Source: Asterionella formosa
Taxonomy: Eukaryota
Direction of reading: 5' to 3'
Assembly (NCBI GenBank): GCA_002256025.1
Contig: NKIB01012973.1
Span: 46,562 to 66,561, forward strand
Length of the DNA stretch: 20,000 nucleotides
Under the pieces are notes generated by a model that saw only the letters and a list, made by a program, of their open reading frames with translations, did not search any database and had not been told where the DNA came from. The position numbers were made by a program, and so were the translations under genes. Positions 1 through 10,060 of this stretch are shown in pieces (the first letter of the stretch is position 1; each line of letters starts with the position of its first letter).

Positions 1-1470
1 GGAAAATTTTTCGATTCGTCCTTAGAGCAGGTCGGTGCCTCTCGAATTCTTCCAATCGGCATTGGCGATGACGACCGGGACTTGGAAGGAGACTTTGAAG
101 CTTGGAAAGACAATGTCTTGTGGCCCTCTTTGAAGAAGAAATACGTCAAGGACGCCGTGGTTAAAAATTTAGTCAGAGTTGCTTCACTACCAGAGACTCC
201 ATATGTCATCGAATACGTCTGCGCCGACACGAAAATGGTGGATGCAGCCTTGGACAAAGTCCATTCGTCGAGTCGTCATTACTTCACTTCAGTGGATTGC
301 CCTGCTAGTGTCGTAAAGGAATTACGCAATCCTCAAGACGGTGGGTCTACCATGCATATTGAAATTGACATTTCCAGGGCCAAAGACTTCACCTACCACA
401 CAGCTGATAATCTCGGTGTCATTCCGGTCAATCAAGAGGAAACTGTGAAAGCTGTCGCCAATGCTTTAAAATACCAGTTAGATTCCTTCTTTATAGTAAA
501 GCCCGCATTCAATCATGAGTGGCATGGTGCGCCATTTCCGCAACCACTGTCAGTGAGAGAGTGCTTAGAGCGATATTGTGATCTCACCGGACCTCCACGT
601 CGGTCGGAACTCAAGCTTTTGGCAGATTTTGCTATGGATCCTGTTGATAAGAGAGTCCTGTTGAGATTGTCCAGCAAGGAAGGAAAGGCGGAATACAAGG
701 AAAAGGTTATAGATGCACATGTTGGTCTGGTCGATTTGTTGAAGCTGTGCCCATCCATTGAGGCTCCATTAGCTCACTTCATTCATTTCTGTCCTCGGTT
801 GCAACCTCGGTACTACACTATCAGTTCATCACCATCAGTCCACCCAAAGTCAGTTCACTTGACGGTGGCTGTAATGGAACAAACCAAGAATGATGGTTCG
901 GTTTTCAAGGGTGTTTGCTCGAGTCATTTGGCAGGTTTGACACCCAATGTTTCAATTTGTCGAGTCTTTTGCAGGGAATCTACCTTCCGACTCCCGAACG
1001 ACTCGTCCAAGCCGATTATTATGATTGGACCGGGAACGGGCATTGCCCCTATGAGAGCCCTTTTGCAAGAACGAGCGTATCAACGAGATGTGCTGCAAAA
1101 AATTACCGGCTCGAATATTCTGTACTTCGGCTGCAAAAAAAGAGGGTTTGACTACCTCTACGAAGATGAACTTGATGGATTCCGAAAGTCCCACATTCTG
1201 ACGGAGCTTCATTTGGCATTTTCTCGGGAGTCATCTTCGAAGATATATGTTCAACACTTGCTTGAAAGGAGGGGGAAAGAAACCTGGGACCTCGTGAATA
1301 AGCAAGGTGCTTATATTTATGTCTGTGGTGGAGTCAAAATGGGTCACGACGTCCAATACACTCTCATGAATATTTGCATCTGGAATGGGAGAATGTCGGC
1401 TGATGATGCGAGGGCGTACATGGAAAAACTGGCAAGTGGGGGAAGATTTGTACAAGAGTTATGGGCTTAA
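1..1470 (+). CDS. CPR: NADPH-cytochrome P450 reductase-like diflavin reductase, 5'-truncated by the window edge (end of FMN domain, FAD and NADPH domains)
   Basis: Frame is open from base 1 (GKFFDSSLEQVGASRILPIGIGDDDRDLEGDFEAW, the end of a flavodoxin domain), so the listed start at 82 is not the true start. Motifs: YHTADNLGV, FAD-binding PRYYTISSS, GVCSS, NADPH-binding MIGPGTGIAP, LYFGC, AFSR, KIYVQH, YVCG and a C-terminal shielding Trp (ELWA*). Confidence 0.92.
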   Translation, partial: GKFFDSSLEQVGASRILPIGIGDDDRDLEGDFEAWKDNVLWPSLKKKYVKDAVVKNLVRVASLPETPYVIEYVCADTKMVDAALDKVHSSSRHYFTSVDCPASVVKELRNPQDGGSTMHIEIDISRAKDFTYHTADNLGVIPVNQEETVKAVANALKYQLDSFFIVKPAFNHEWHGAPFPQPLSVRECLERYCDLTGPPRRSELKLLADFAMDPVDKRVLLRLSSKEGKAEYKEKVIDAHVGLVDLLKLCPSIEAPLAHFIHFCPRLQPRYYTISSSPSVHPKSVHLTVAVMEQTKNDGSVFKGVCSSHLAGLTPNVSICRVFCRESTFRLPNDSSKPIIMIGPGTGIAPMRALLQERAYQRDVLQKITGSNILYFGCKKRGFDYLYEDELDGFRKSHILTELHLAFSRESSSKIYVQHLLERRGKETWDLVNKQGAYIYVCGGVKMGHDVQYTLMNICIWNGRMSADDARAYMEKLASGGRFVQELWA

Positions 1471-1557
1471 TGAAATAGCATACGATCTAAGAATATATAA
1501 TAAATGAAAGGATAAACTCTTAGTTTGAAATACAAGAATACCATCGTAGGTAAACAG

Positions 1558-3159
1558 TTACCAATCATAGTCAGCTCCACCCGGGGCTCTTGTTTGTCCA
1601 AAGTCAAGGTCTGTGCTCATGTCACCTTCGGGGCTCCAATCAGAGTCCAAACCAAGATCCTTTAATCGTCGCTCTTGGTAATACTCCTTCAAATCAAGTG
1701 CTTCTTTCTCACGCTGCAAATAATCAATCGTTCTCGTCAACGCTTTGGATTCGGCGGTCCTCAATTGAGTACAGACCTCCGGTCCACCTTGGGGACAATG
1801 AGCAAATTCATCCAATCCTCGCTGACAAGCATCAATAATAGCATTAACAACTAGAAGCTCATTTGATTCGCTAACTGGTAGCGCCATGAATCCCCAAACT
1901 TCATTACGGAAGAGGGATTCCAGTAAAAATGCGTCAGTACCTCCTAATTTGCAAAGTCGGACAAATTGAATCAATGCCGGATCTGGTTCCCCGTCTAGGC
2001 CTGGCTCAGATACAACATCGAACGACTGAAATGGATCCATGGGAGCTAAATCGTAGGTCTCAAACTCGAGAATATCCAACTTATCATCATAAAACCGATC
2101 GTCGGGGTCCACTTCAAACGTCAACTTGCTTACACATGTCGTCCACACATTACCCGGACAAAACCCATGCTCCATAAGATATTCCGCAGCAGACTTTGGA
2201 CCGTAAGTACAATATACTTCTTCTCCTTTTGCGTAATCTTTGGCAGCCACTAACTGCGTTCCCTTCGTTGTTCCGAAGGTTCCCATGAAGCCTCCTTCAA
2301 ATTCTCGAGCCTTATTCCCATGGTTTGCCATGTCCAAGAAAGGAAGGAGACGGAGCGAGTTGTCAACAAAACTGGATCTTGACAAGGAAAGAGCCATGGC
2401 CCACTTAAAACCAGCCGGAGAGAAGCAAGGAACAGCTACGCCGTCGATATTGACAGTTTCTGGGAAGGCATTTCGATCGGTGTCCCATACTCGCCCCGCT
2501 AGCCAAGTTGTGTCTTCATCAATATCATCCAAGGATTGATAAATTTTTGTCATACTACTGGATTGCAATATCTCTAGATTATTTTCGTTCCATAGCAAAG
2601 GATGATGACTCATTTGATCCATGGTCGGTAAGGCCTTGACCCATGTGGAGATAAAGGCCTGAAGCTTGGCCTCTCTCTTGGGTAAGGCAATACCCTTCCC
2701 TTCTAATCTTGCCACTTCATTGAGTATCAGCATGGCGATTAACCCAACGTCGCCTGTCCAACCTTCGTATTTGTCAGGTAGCAACTTTTCAAAAACGCTG
2801 CGGGCAATGGCTGGGGTCAACATGTAGCTGTCGTCGTATGGCATGTTGACCATAACATCGCCTTTCTTTATATTCTGCTTAGCAATCAAGCCCAAACGAT
2901 CCGATTGTGATTGACCCACCTCTACTTTGCATGTTTTAGTTATCTCTACAGTTTCAAGGGCTGATTGTAAGGAGCTAGCAATCTCCTCCAGTGAGGAAGC
3001 GGATAGTGGCGATGCTCTCTTGTGAAGATGAAGTCCTCCAAAACGTTGGCTTGTCGGAATCTGCATAAATCCGGAAATTCTTTTGGTAACTAAAAGGACA
3101 GCAAGATAAAGAAAGGATTGCAACATGGGAAACAGCTTCTTGTTGCGACGGAACATCAT
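1558..3159 (-). CDS. LSMT: Plastid-targeted SET-domain lysine methyltransferase, Rubisco LSMT / chloroplast aldolase methyltransferase family
   Basis: SET motifs RLGLIA, LPFLDMANH and GEEVYCTYG. Substrate-binding-domain blocks match plant LSMT as I recall it (DDKLDILE, LGGTDAFLLESLFRN, LPVSESNE, LDLKEYYQERRLKDLGL). The N-terminus has a hydrophobic signal peptide ending ISG-F followed by a Ser/Arg-rich transit peptide. The true start may be the Met at 3126. Confidence 0.9.
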   Translation of the reverse strand: MMFRRNKKLFPMLQSFLYLAVLLVTKRISGFMQIPTSQRFGGLHLHKRASPLSASSLEEIASSLQSALETVEITKTCKVEVGQSQSDRLGLIAKQNIKKGDVMVNMPYDDSYMLTPAIARSVFEKLLPDKYEGWTGDVGLIAMLILNEVARLEGKGIALPKREAKLQAFISTWVKALPTMDQMSHHPLLWNENNLEILQSSSMTKIYQSLDDIDEDTTWLAGRVWDTDRNAFPETVNIDGVAVPCFSPAGFKWAMALSLSRSSFVDNSLRLLPFLDMANHGNKAREFEGGFMGTFGTTKGTQLVAAKDYAKGEEVYCTYGPKSAAEYLMEHGFCPGNVWTTCVSKLTFEVDPDDRFYDDKLDILEFETYDLAPMDPFQSFDVVSEPGLDGEPDPALIQFVRLCKLGGTDAFLLESLFRNEVWGFMALPVSESNELLVVNAIIDACQRGLDEFAHCPQGGPEVCTQLRTAESKALTRTIDYLQREKEALDLKEYYQERRLKDLGLDSDWSPEGDMSTDLDFGQTRAPGGADYDW

Positions 3160-3443
3160 CGTGAAAACTGGGAATGTATTTATGGGGTATACAGGTACAA
3201 AATATGAGAGATCCAGTAATACCGGTCATAATGGTGTTTGGGGGGACTGGTAATGAGTTGCACAACCATTTTACCGGACACTGAGTTCGCTCTGTGCGGT
3301 ATGTACCAGGTAACTACATACAACAAAGTCTACACAGGAGTATAAATAGGAACGGAATCCAGAATCAGCTTTTAATGCTTTATATCGAAATTGACCATCA
3401 CATCATCAGCAAATATAGTATACCGGTACTGGTACCGGTAGCT

Positions 3444-3660
3444 TTAGTGGAAGTACAGAAAAATGTGGAACATATATAGTTTCTGTATGTAAATTTGTGG
3501 GGGATTTCGTCCACATTTTTCCTAACGGCCAGTTCTGTCAAAAGCGGTTTTTACTTGCTTCCGCCGTGATTCATTTTTTCGGCCCCTGCTTTCCGGAAAA
3601 ATGTGGATGATTTTCACCACAGAAATGTGTAGAAAGTGCGTTCAATTTTGTACCACTGTA
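3444..3660. mobile_element. Degenerate MITE-like inverted-repeat element upstream of LSMT
   Basis: TTTGTGG..TCCACATTTTTCC (3494-3522) is inverted relative to GGAAAAATGTGGA..CCACAGA (3595-3623). The right end reads TA-CAGTGGTA on the minus strand. The same motif recurs at 9315-9344. Confidence 0.5.
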
Positions 3661-3766
3661 GGCCTACACTACGAATGTCTGGTAGCGGGTACTCCTGCTA
3701 GGTACCACCAGTACCTGGGACCTAGTTGAGAGTATGGTACCTGGTACCAGGTACCAGGTACTGGTA

Positions 3767-4763
3767 CCAGTTAAAAATGGCTTTGAGCCACGTTATCATA
3801 TCGTTTTCCGACTAATTCTAGAAGTATGCTAAAATCGATCCCCTCTTTTGCCCTTTGGCACGATATTAGTTAGTTCATTAAGCTACATGAGAATTAGATC
3901 ATTTCTTTACTTGAACATATTTTAACTGAGATCTATCCATTTTAAAAGTGACAAAAACGGTCGAAGTGGCTCAAAGCCATTGATTAAAATTTTAACATAC
4001 ATCTAGTTATTTTTATAGGCGACGGTTAGAAAATATTATATCGTTTGCATGTTTTTTCATTTGTAGTTGTTGCATCGTCTTTAGACTGATGGTGTTCTTG
4101 TTGGTTCTCTCTCCTCGTATTTTTTTGCAGTAGTTGTTGCATCATTCTTAGACTTGTGGTCTTCACATCATATCTTCTTGTTGTGTAATAGGAGCGACCA
4201 AAGGGTGCTGAGGAAGTGGCGCCGTTACAGCAGTTGCAACTGGTGCTGCAGCATCGCCACGCATCATGGTATCATGGAATCTGGTAAGTAGCAGTTGTTT
4301 CATTGGAAGATTGCCTGCTCGCTTGTACCACGTTGCCATTGTGTTTGTTTGTGCTACTGTCCACTCAGCTGACTGTTTTTTAAGCGATCTGATTGCATAA
4401 GCCTTCTTGTTTGCAAGCGCCATGTGCGCATCTATTTTCCGATTCTCTCGCTCACTCTGCACTTCTTCCGCATCCCTCTTCCTTTTTAGCTGGTCATCGA
4501 CCACTTCAGGACCCAACAAGTACCTGCCTGCAGCGACATGAAGACCAGATGTGTACTTTCCAACACATTTATCTGATTATCAAAAACACAAGAACTAATC
4601 AACAACTAGATATGTTGTATCCGGCGCAACATCAGGAACAACTTTGTCGTACTAAATATAGTCATAACTGGAAAATTAGAAAAAATCTATGTATACATTG
4701 TGAATATTATATCGTTAAGTGACTCAAAGCCATTCGAAGTGGCTCAAAGCCATTTTTAACTGG
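3767..4763. mobile_element. Non-autonomous TIR DNA transposon (Tc1/mariner/pogo-like, TA target duplication), 997 bp
   Basis: Perfect 25-bp TIRs: CCAGTTAAAAATGGCTTTGAGCCAC (3767-3791) and GTGGCTCAAAGCCATTTTTAACTGG (4739-4763), flanked by TA at 3765-3766 and 4764-4765. Extra copies of the TIR core lie at 3964-3981 and 4717-4734. Confidence 0.88.
4163..4576 (-). pseudogene. Probable C-terminal remnant of the element's transposase gene
   Basis: Open frame inside the TIR element (KYTSGLHVAAGRYLLGPEVVDDQLKRKR...EWTVAQTNTMATWYKRAG...) with no ATG start and no DDE domain. The assignment rests on location plus resemblance to basic helical transposase tails. Confidence 0.45.
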
Positions 4764-6749
4764 TACCGTGTTGTCAAAGTGGTGTGCTCCTCTCCTACAT
4801 ACCGGTAGCTATGACTAAAAGTCGACTAAGCACATGAATTCATTCTGCTATAATGAGCTGGACAGTATAGACTATTTGGAAGACCGATAGTTTGAATCAA
4901 ACAATCAATGGTTATAAACTTATGATCAATAAGTGTGAGATAGACAAGGGTCTATCTATGAATTTATGTTCTGACAAATGCAAACAGCATTTGGAAAAAT
5001 AGTTTGTTCGATTACTCAAACTGAACAAACCTAACTAGTTTGCTTAGTAACTCACAATAAGAATCTAGAAACAAAAAAGTCTCTATCTATAGTCTTCTTT
5101 GTCTAATGATAGATCTATCAACTAAAAGGTAATACTTTAACACCATGTAGCTAGTATATTAGAGGTTGTGTGGACGAGGTATACCAGGTAGCTAGAGTAC
5201 CTTGTACCAGTAATATTGGTAGTCAAGTGCCGGTGTAATAATTTCTAATACCAGTGGAGGTAATAAAATGAAGCAAGTATGTCCAGTTGATCAGTTATGA
5301 TTTTTACAGGAAAATTTTCAATCTGGTTGATTGCTGGTGGCTCTTCACAGGCTATCTTTGTAGAGGAATTTTTATGCCTGACATGGAACTTGATGTACCA
5401 TGTAGACAACAGATAATAGTGTCTTTATTAAACAATTGATATGGAGTGTTGAAAATCTGGGTATTTGTTTCTCTCATATGAAGAATGGTTAGGATGGATC
5501 AAAAACTACAAGCCCAGGTAAGTGTACACAAATCCTGAAGACTTCGCTGTGTAGCCAATCACTGCTTTGTGTGCGTACATGTATGAGTGTTTACCCAGAT
5601 ATTCTCCAAAAATCCTATAGGGCCCATATTTCCAGGTGTAAATTAAGAGGATTGTTTAGAAGGATACTCAAGCAAACTTTCACGAAGCAAGAGGGGAACT
5701 TTCATAGCTATGACATTGTTGAAATACTAGGAACCCATGCATTTAGCAGTAGTGTATACATGAAATGAAATCGCAGAACTTTCAGATAAGGTTGTTGTTC
5801 ATCAATTGAAAATATTTGTTGCAATTACATTGACATACATTCCTCCATGTATGTCGCTCACCTTGCTGCCATAGACTACAGCAAACGAGAGGGGAATTTC
5901 TTCAAATTAGTCCTAAATTTCTGAGAGATTTGAGAAAATTCTCAATGATTAAACTTATGCTGGTGCACTAGATTCAGAAATTCGATTAGTGGCCGCTAAT
6001 TACTTTAAGAATTATTGGGCAAAAGTTCCTTGGGTTGACTGTATGACTAGACAAGAAGCAGAAAACAAGGAATTATACAGCATCAAGGCCAACAATCAAG
6101 CCAAACAACTCTCAACAATCAAAAATCACAATACAAATTGTTCTTGCATCCTAACTGGCTAAGGTCCCGATTTGCACTGCAGCTTTTGCTTTCTATTTAA
6201 GGCATAGCAAGTACGGGAGGACCGAGATGAGAGGATTAAAATTAGTGTATTGAATTTTCTATGTAGACAATCATACCATCAGTTTTGACAATGGCGAAAG
6301 GAAAAATGCTGATGCTGCAAATAGTGAGGAGCAAGCTGGTAGCTGGAAGGATGCATAAGAGATTTCTAGTATAGAGATGAAGATTATGAAAAGACTGGAT
6401 GGTTGAGCGAAAAATAGAGATCTTCTGCAATCTTTAAATACAAAAGAAAATGTCTATGTTGATCTTGAGCAATGTGAGGGTTGCCTTGGTATTTCACCTG
6501 TAACTGCTCAAGGGAGGAATAGTGGAACAGCACTGCTTTTAGACAAATGCAAGCAAACTGAGAGAAAGTTTGTAAACAGTTGTGATAAATTCTAGTAATG
6601 CAATCATATTCCATACATTGATTGTGATCAAATGATGGTTATTGCCATGACTTTGCAAGGTGATGAAGCATCAGCAAACTTGCAAGAAGTCTAAAGGTTC
6701 ATTCACTTTCTATCTATAAATTTGAAGAATAACCATATTCTTGTACATC

Positions 6750-6788
6750 TGCATATATTGCTGTGCTAGCTACCCTGCAATATATGCA
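6750..6788. repeat. Perfect 12-bp stem hairpin
   Basis: TGCATATATTGC (6750-6761) pairs with GCAATATATGCA (6777-6788) around a 15-nt loop. Confidence 0.8.
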
Positions 6789-6793
6789 TTCAG

Positions 6794-6868
6794 TTAATAG
6801 GAGAAGTGTGCTTGCTATATATGTACTGCCACATCCCAGTTTAGTCGTTGCTAAAGTTTGCTAGCTAT
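6794..6868 (+). repeat. Dispersed direct repeat, copy 1 (75 bp)
   Basis: Identical to 8918-9008 apart from a 16-bp indel. Begins at TTAA. Confidence 0.93.
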
Positions 6869-7938
6869 GTTACCATCGATAGAGCGACAAGTGGGTCTCT
6901 TCATTGTTCTTTGCTCCTGGAAAAGTCGGTGTCCGTGTCATCCTCATCAATAGAGGGACAAGTGTCCTTCATCATTGCGGTTTGCCACTGGAAAAATGTA
7001 CCTGTGGTATCGTCATTTGCTCGTTGGAACCACTGTCCGTTGCCTCAAACCTGATTAGCGTGTGTGTATGTGCACTGTCGACTTGTGTACATTACAGGAG
7101 TTACTTAGCTACTAAAGTGCGTGTTATAATATCATACTCCATAGTATGATGCAGAATACAGTTCCCAATCATCTCATCATGATTGATAAAATGATAATGT
7201 GATATCACCATAGGGTTACATCAATGCATACATCACCAAAGTATGATACGTAATATTGAAAAAAGTATATCACATATCTATGATGCATTGATCATAGAAC
7301 TATGATGACTTTTTAAAATGTTTATGATGTATTTTTAATCAAAATATGATCATGTTAAAATAATACAATGATAATAAAATACGAAAAAAATAAATAAATC
7401 AAAAAGTATGTTACTTAATATATAAATTCGACTTTAAATGTATACAGTAAAAGCCAGTAGCTAATATGATAGTATTACTATATGGTGGATAGTATCTAAG
7501 TATATGGATGCGTTGATATGTACATCACTATAATATGATTCGTGATATCGATTGATGCATATCACATACCGGTATCCTCAACAACCAGCCATCACGTTCA
7601 TTGTCATGTCGTTTTTCCTTGTTATAGCTATATATATGCCGGCATGTGTATTGTGTAAACACTACGCTGGCGGAACATGCATATTACACAGTGCTCTGTT
7701 CAACAATTACTACACTCGGTTACCATCACACCAGCTGCACCTCCACAACCGCCACAAAAAGCTCCGCGTTTCTCTTCAACTGTTTTACATCATAGTCTTC
7801 TGGCCCTTTGACAACTTTCCAAATGGAATTTCATGGTTTTAATCGATACGACCACTTTGCATATGCTTAGATACAGTCATTCCTCGACTTAGGGGTATGA
7901 TCTATATTCAGATATGGTAAGGACCTCATTTCTGGAGT

Positions 7939-8038
7939 GAAGTGGCAGTTATCCCTCTGGTATCGTAACTATCCAAAAAATAGTCAAAAAGGAGCCATCA
8001 GGCTTTTTTAAAAATCTACGAGGGATAACTGCCACTTC
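7939..8038. repeat. Perfect 19-bp inverted repeat with 62-bp spacer (mini-MITE or hairpin)
   Basis: GAAGTGGCAGTTATCCCTC (7939-7957) and GAGGGATAACTGCCACTTC (8020-8038). Confidence 0.88.
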
Positions 8039-8917
8039 TCTGCAGCAATTAACTCCTGAAGTAGAGTACAAGGATATCTATTTCATTCTTCATGAGACCC
8101 CGTAGATGTAGAGCAATCCTCCTCCAAGAAGTCGACTTGATCGGCTTTTTTAACAGTCGCAAAAATATTGGAATCAGAATTTGTACATGCAAAAACATTC
8201 TCGTATACTTAGAGTTTGGCGTAGATATGTTTCGCTGAATAATTCTCAGTCCGAAAAGACTCCAGGGTAAGTTCCCACGTCACAACACATATTCTGATTG
8301 GTTGAATTGAATTTATTCGCCTGCTCCAGATTCGCTGAAGTATCCCGGTCTTGTAAAATCTCGCCAGCCACACTTGAACTACACGTATTAGATGTACTGA
8401 ATACTGGTTGGTAAAATCAGTACCGGTACTACCGGTAGTTTCATCCTGTCTTCCATCATGGTGGCTGAACGACCAAGATTATGGAACACCTGGTACTCCG
8501 AGTACCGAAATACCGTTACTCTGGGACTCCGGTACCTGGTACTGATTTACATACCAGTATATACCTTTGTGAGTGGAGTGATGTTGAAACTACATACAGC
8601 CACATAGATTCAATATAAACATATAAACACGAACCATGAGCGTACATGTTGGCATACTCCTGATTTAAATATGTGTTTTGGCATTGACCAAAATTATGTC
8701 TACATTCAGCAAGGAAGATTCATTATAAACATTTAAATATCATTTTTGTTTGTTTAAAATGGAACTCTATCAATCTGGCGCCGATTCCTATTTAATTCAA
8801 ATATTCAAATGAACACTCGAATAATGGGAATTCATAGTAGGAAATTCATTGTTCCCTGCCGTTTCTACAACCCTAGCGATGTTTTCTCCGAACTAGGGTT
8901 AAGCCGGGGCCTCAACC

Positions 8918-9008
8918 TTAATAGGAGAAGTGTGCTTGCTATATATGTACTGCCACATCACTTGATTTGTGCCTCCCAGTTTAGTCGTTGCTAAAGTTTG
9001 CTAGCTAT
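8918..9008 (+). repeat. Dispersed direct repeat, copy 2 (91 bp)
   Basis: Matches 6794-6868 with an extra ACTTGATTTGTGCCTC. Confidence 0.93.
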
Positions 9009-9717
9009 ATACGAGCTAGTGCATGCTACTATAGGCTACCAGTATTACCGTTACCCAGGGGTACCAGTACACACAATGCCATATGATGATTGAACTACAT
9101 AGTACCAGTAGCTACCTGTTACTGTATACGCATCTCGGAATTGTAGGTGCCATACGTCAGACATGAGCATGGTACTTGCGGATACGCACATGGGCGGTAT
9201 AGCACGTATGATGTGTTATTCATTGTCTACAGGATACCGGTATATCCATTACCGTGATGTAAATGATCTACGACAAGTGGACTACTTAGACTAGTATAAA
9301 CCCGGCATTTCAAATCTGTGGGAAACATGGTCCACATTTTTCCGTCCAGTTGAGGCTGGTATGATGATGCAAGTCTGACCAGACACTTAAAAACTGTAAG
9401 CCACCGTTATTTTACTCGCAATTCCCAGCTAAAAATATGAACCTGGTACCGATATGTAATACAACAATCAAAACTTAATGCAAGTGCAAATTGGATGTTA
9501 GACGATGGTCTCCGCAATACATACTATTAAGGAATCAGTTTTGACTCAGTGTATTGAGCCATGAAGATAATTTTTCCAAGGTCACTAAAATTGTCGCATA
9601 GCGGTGGCTTACAGGGCATATTTTTCTATGTGGAGATTATATATTTTCCCCCAAACCGGGTTTATTTTTACTCCGTTTAAAGCGCAATGACATCGTAGCC
9701 ATATTAAATAAATTTTT

Positions 9718-9897
9718 AACGTGAAAATATCCAATTTTCGAAATTTCACGTCGACAGGATCCTTTGGAAGACAATACAAACCAAACTTGTTTTCTAGCCA
9801 AGGGATATTCACATAGCTGTATACGTATATGCTTGCTCAATAGAGTAAACATGAAAATATCCAATTTTCGCAATTTCACGTCGACAGCAACCTTTGG
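9718..9897 (+). repeat. 50-bp direct repeat pair, 130-bp period
   Basis: 9718-9767 vs 9848-9897 are 46/50 identical (AACRTGAAAATATCCAATTTTCGMAATTTCACGTCGACAG..CCTTTGG). Confidence 0.9.
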
Positions 9898-10036
9898 GCA
9901 ATAAAACATATGATAAACAATGTACACAATGCAACAATACAAGTACGGAAGTATTTACTCGCTACATAAATCCGAACAACTAGTTTGTGATAATAAATAG
10001 TGTATCTTGCAAAATAAGTTCAATTTGTGGGTGAGA

Positions 10037-10060
10037 ATTGATTGATTGATTGATTGATTG
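10037..10060 (+). repeat. (ATTG)6 microsatellite
   Basis: Read directly from the sequence. Confidence 0.95.

Noticed and set aside
513..3265. Short alternative-frame and antisense ORFs overlapping CPR and LSMT
   Set aside because: Shadows of well-supported genes with no recognisable motifs.
4806..5153. TAGCTA-bounded segment with CTATCTAT and TAGTTTG motifs as an element
   Set aside because: No convincing terminal inverted repeats; could be compositional.
5955..6060. LDSEIRLVAANYFKNYW as an importin-beta N-terminal or MULE transposase motif
   Set aside because: Too short, with no supporting flanking motifs to assign a family by eye.
6794..9008. The 75/91-bp direct repeats as LTRs of a TRIM or retroelement
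   Set aside because: No TG...CA ends, primer-binding site, polypurine tract or flanking TSD found.
9718..9897. CRISPR-like repeat-spacer array (also considered for 19518-19586)
   Set aside because: Only two copies, eukaryotic context, no cas genes.
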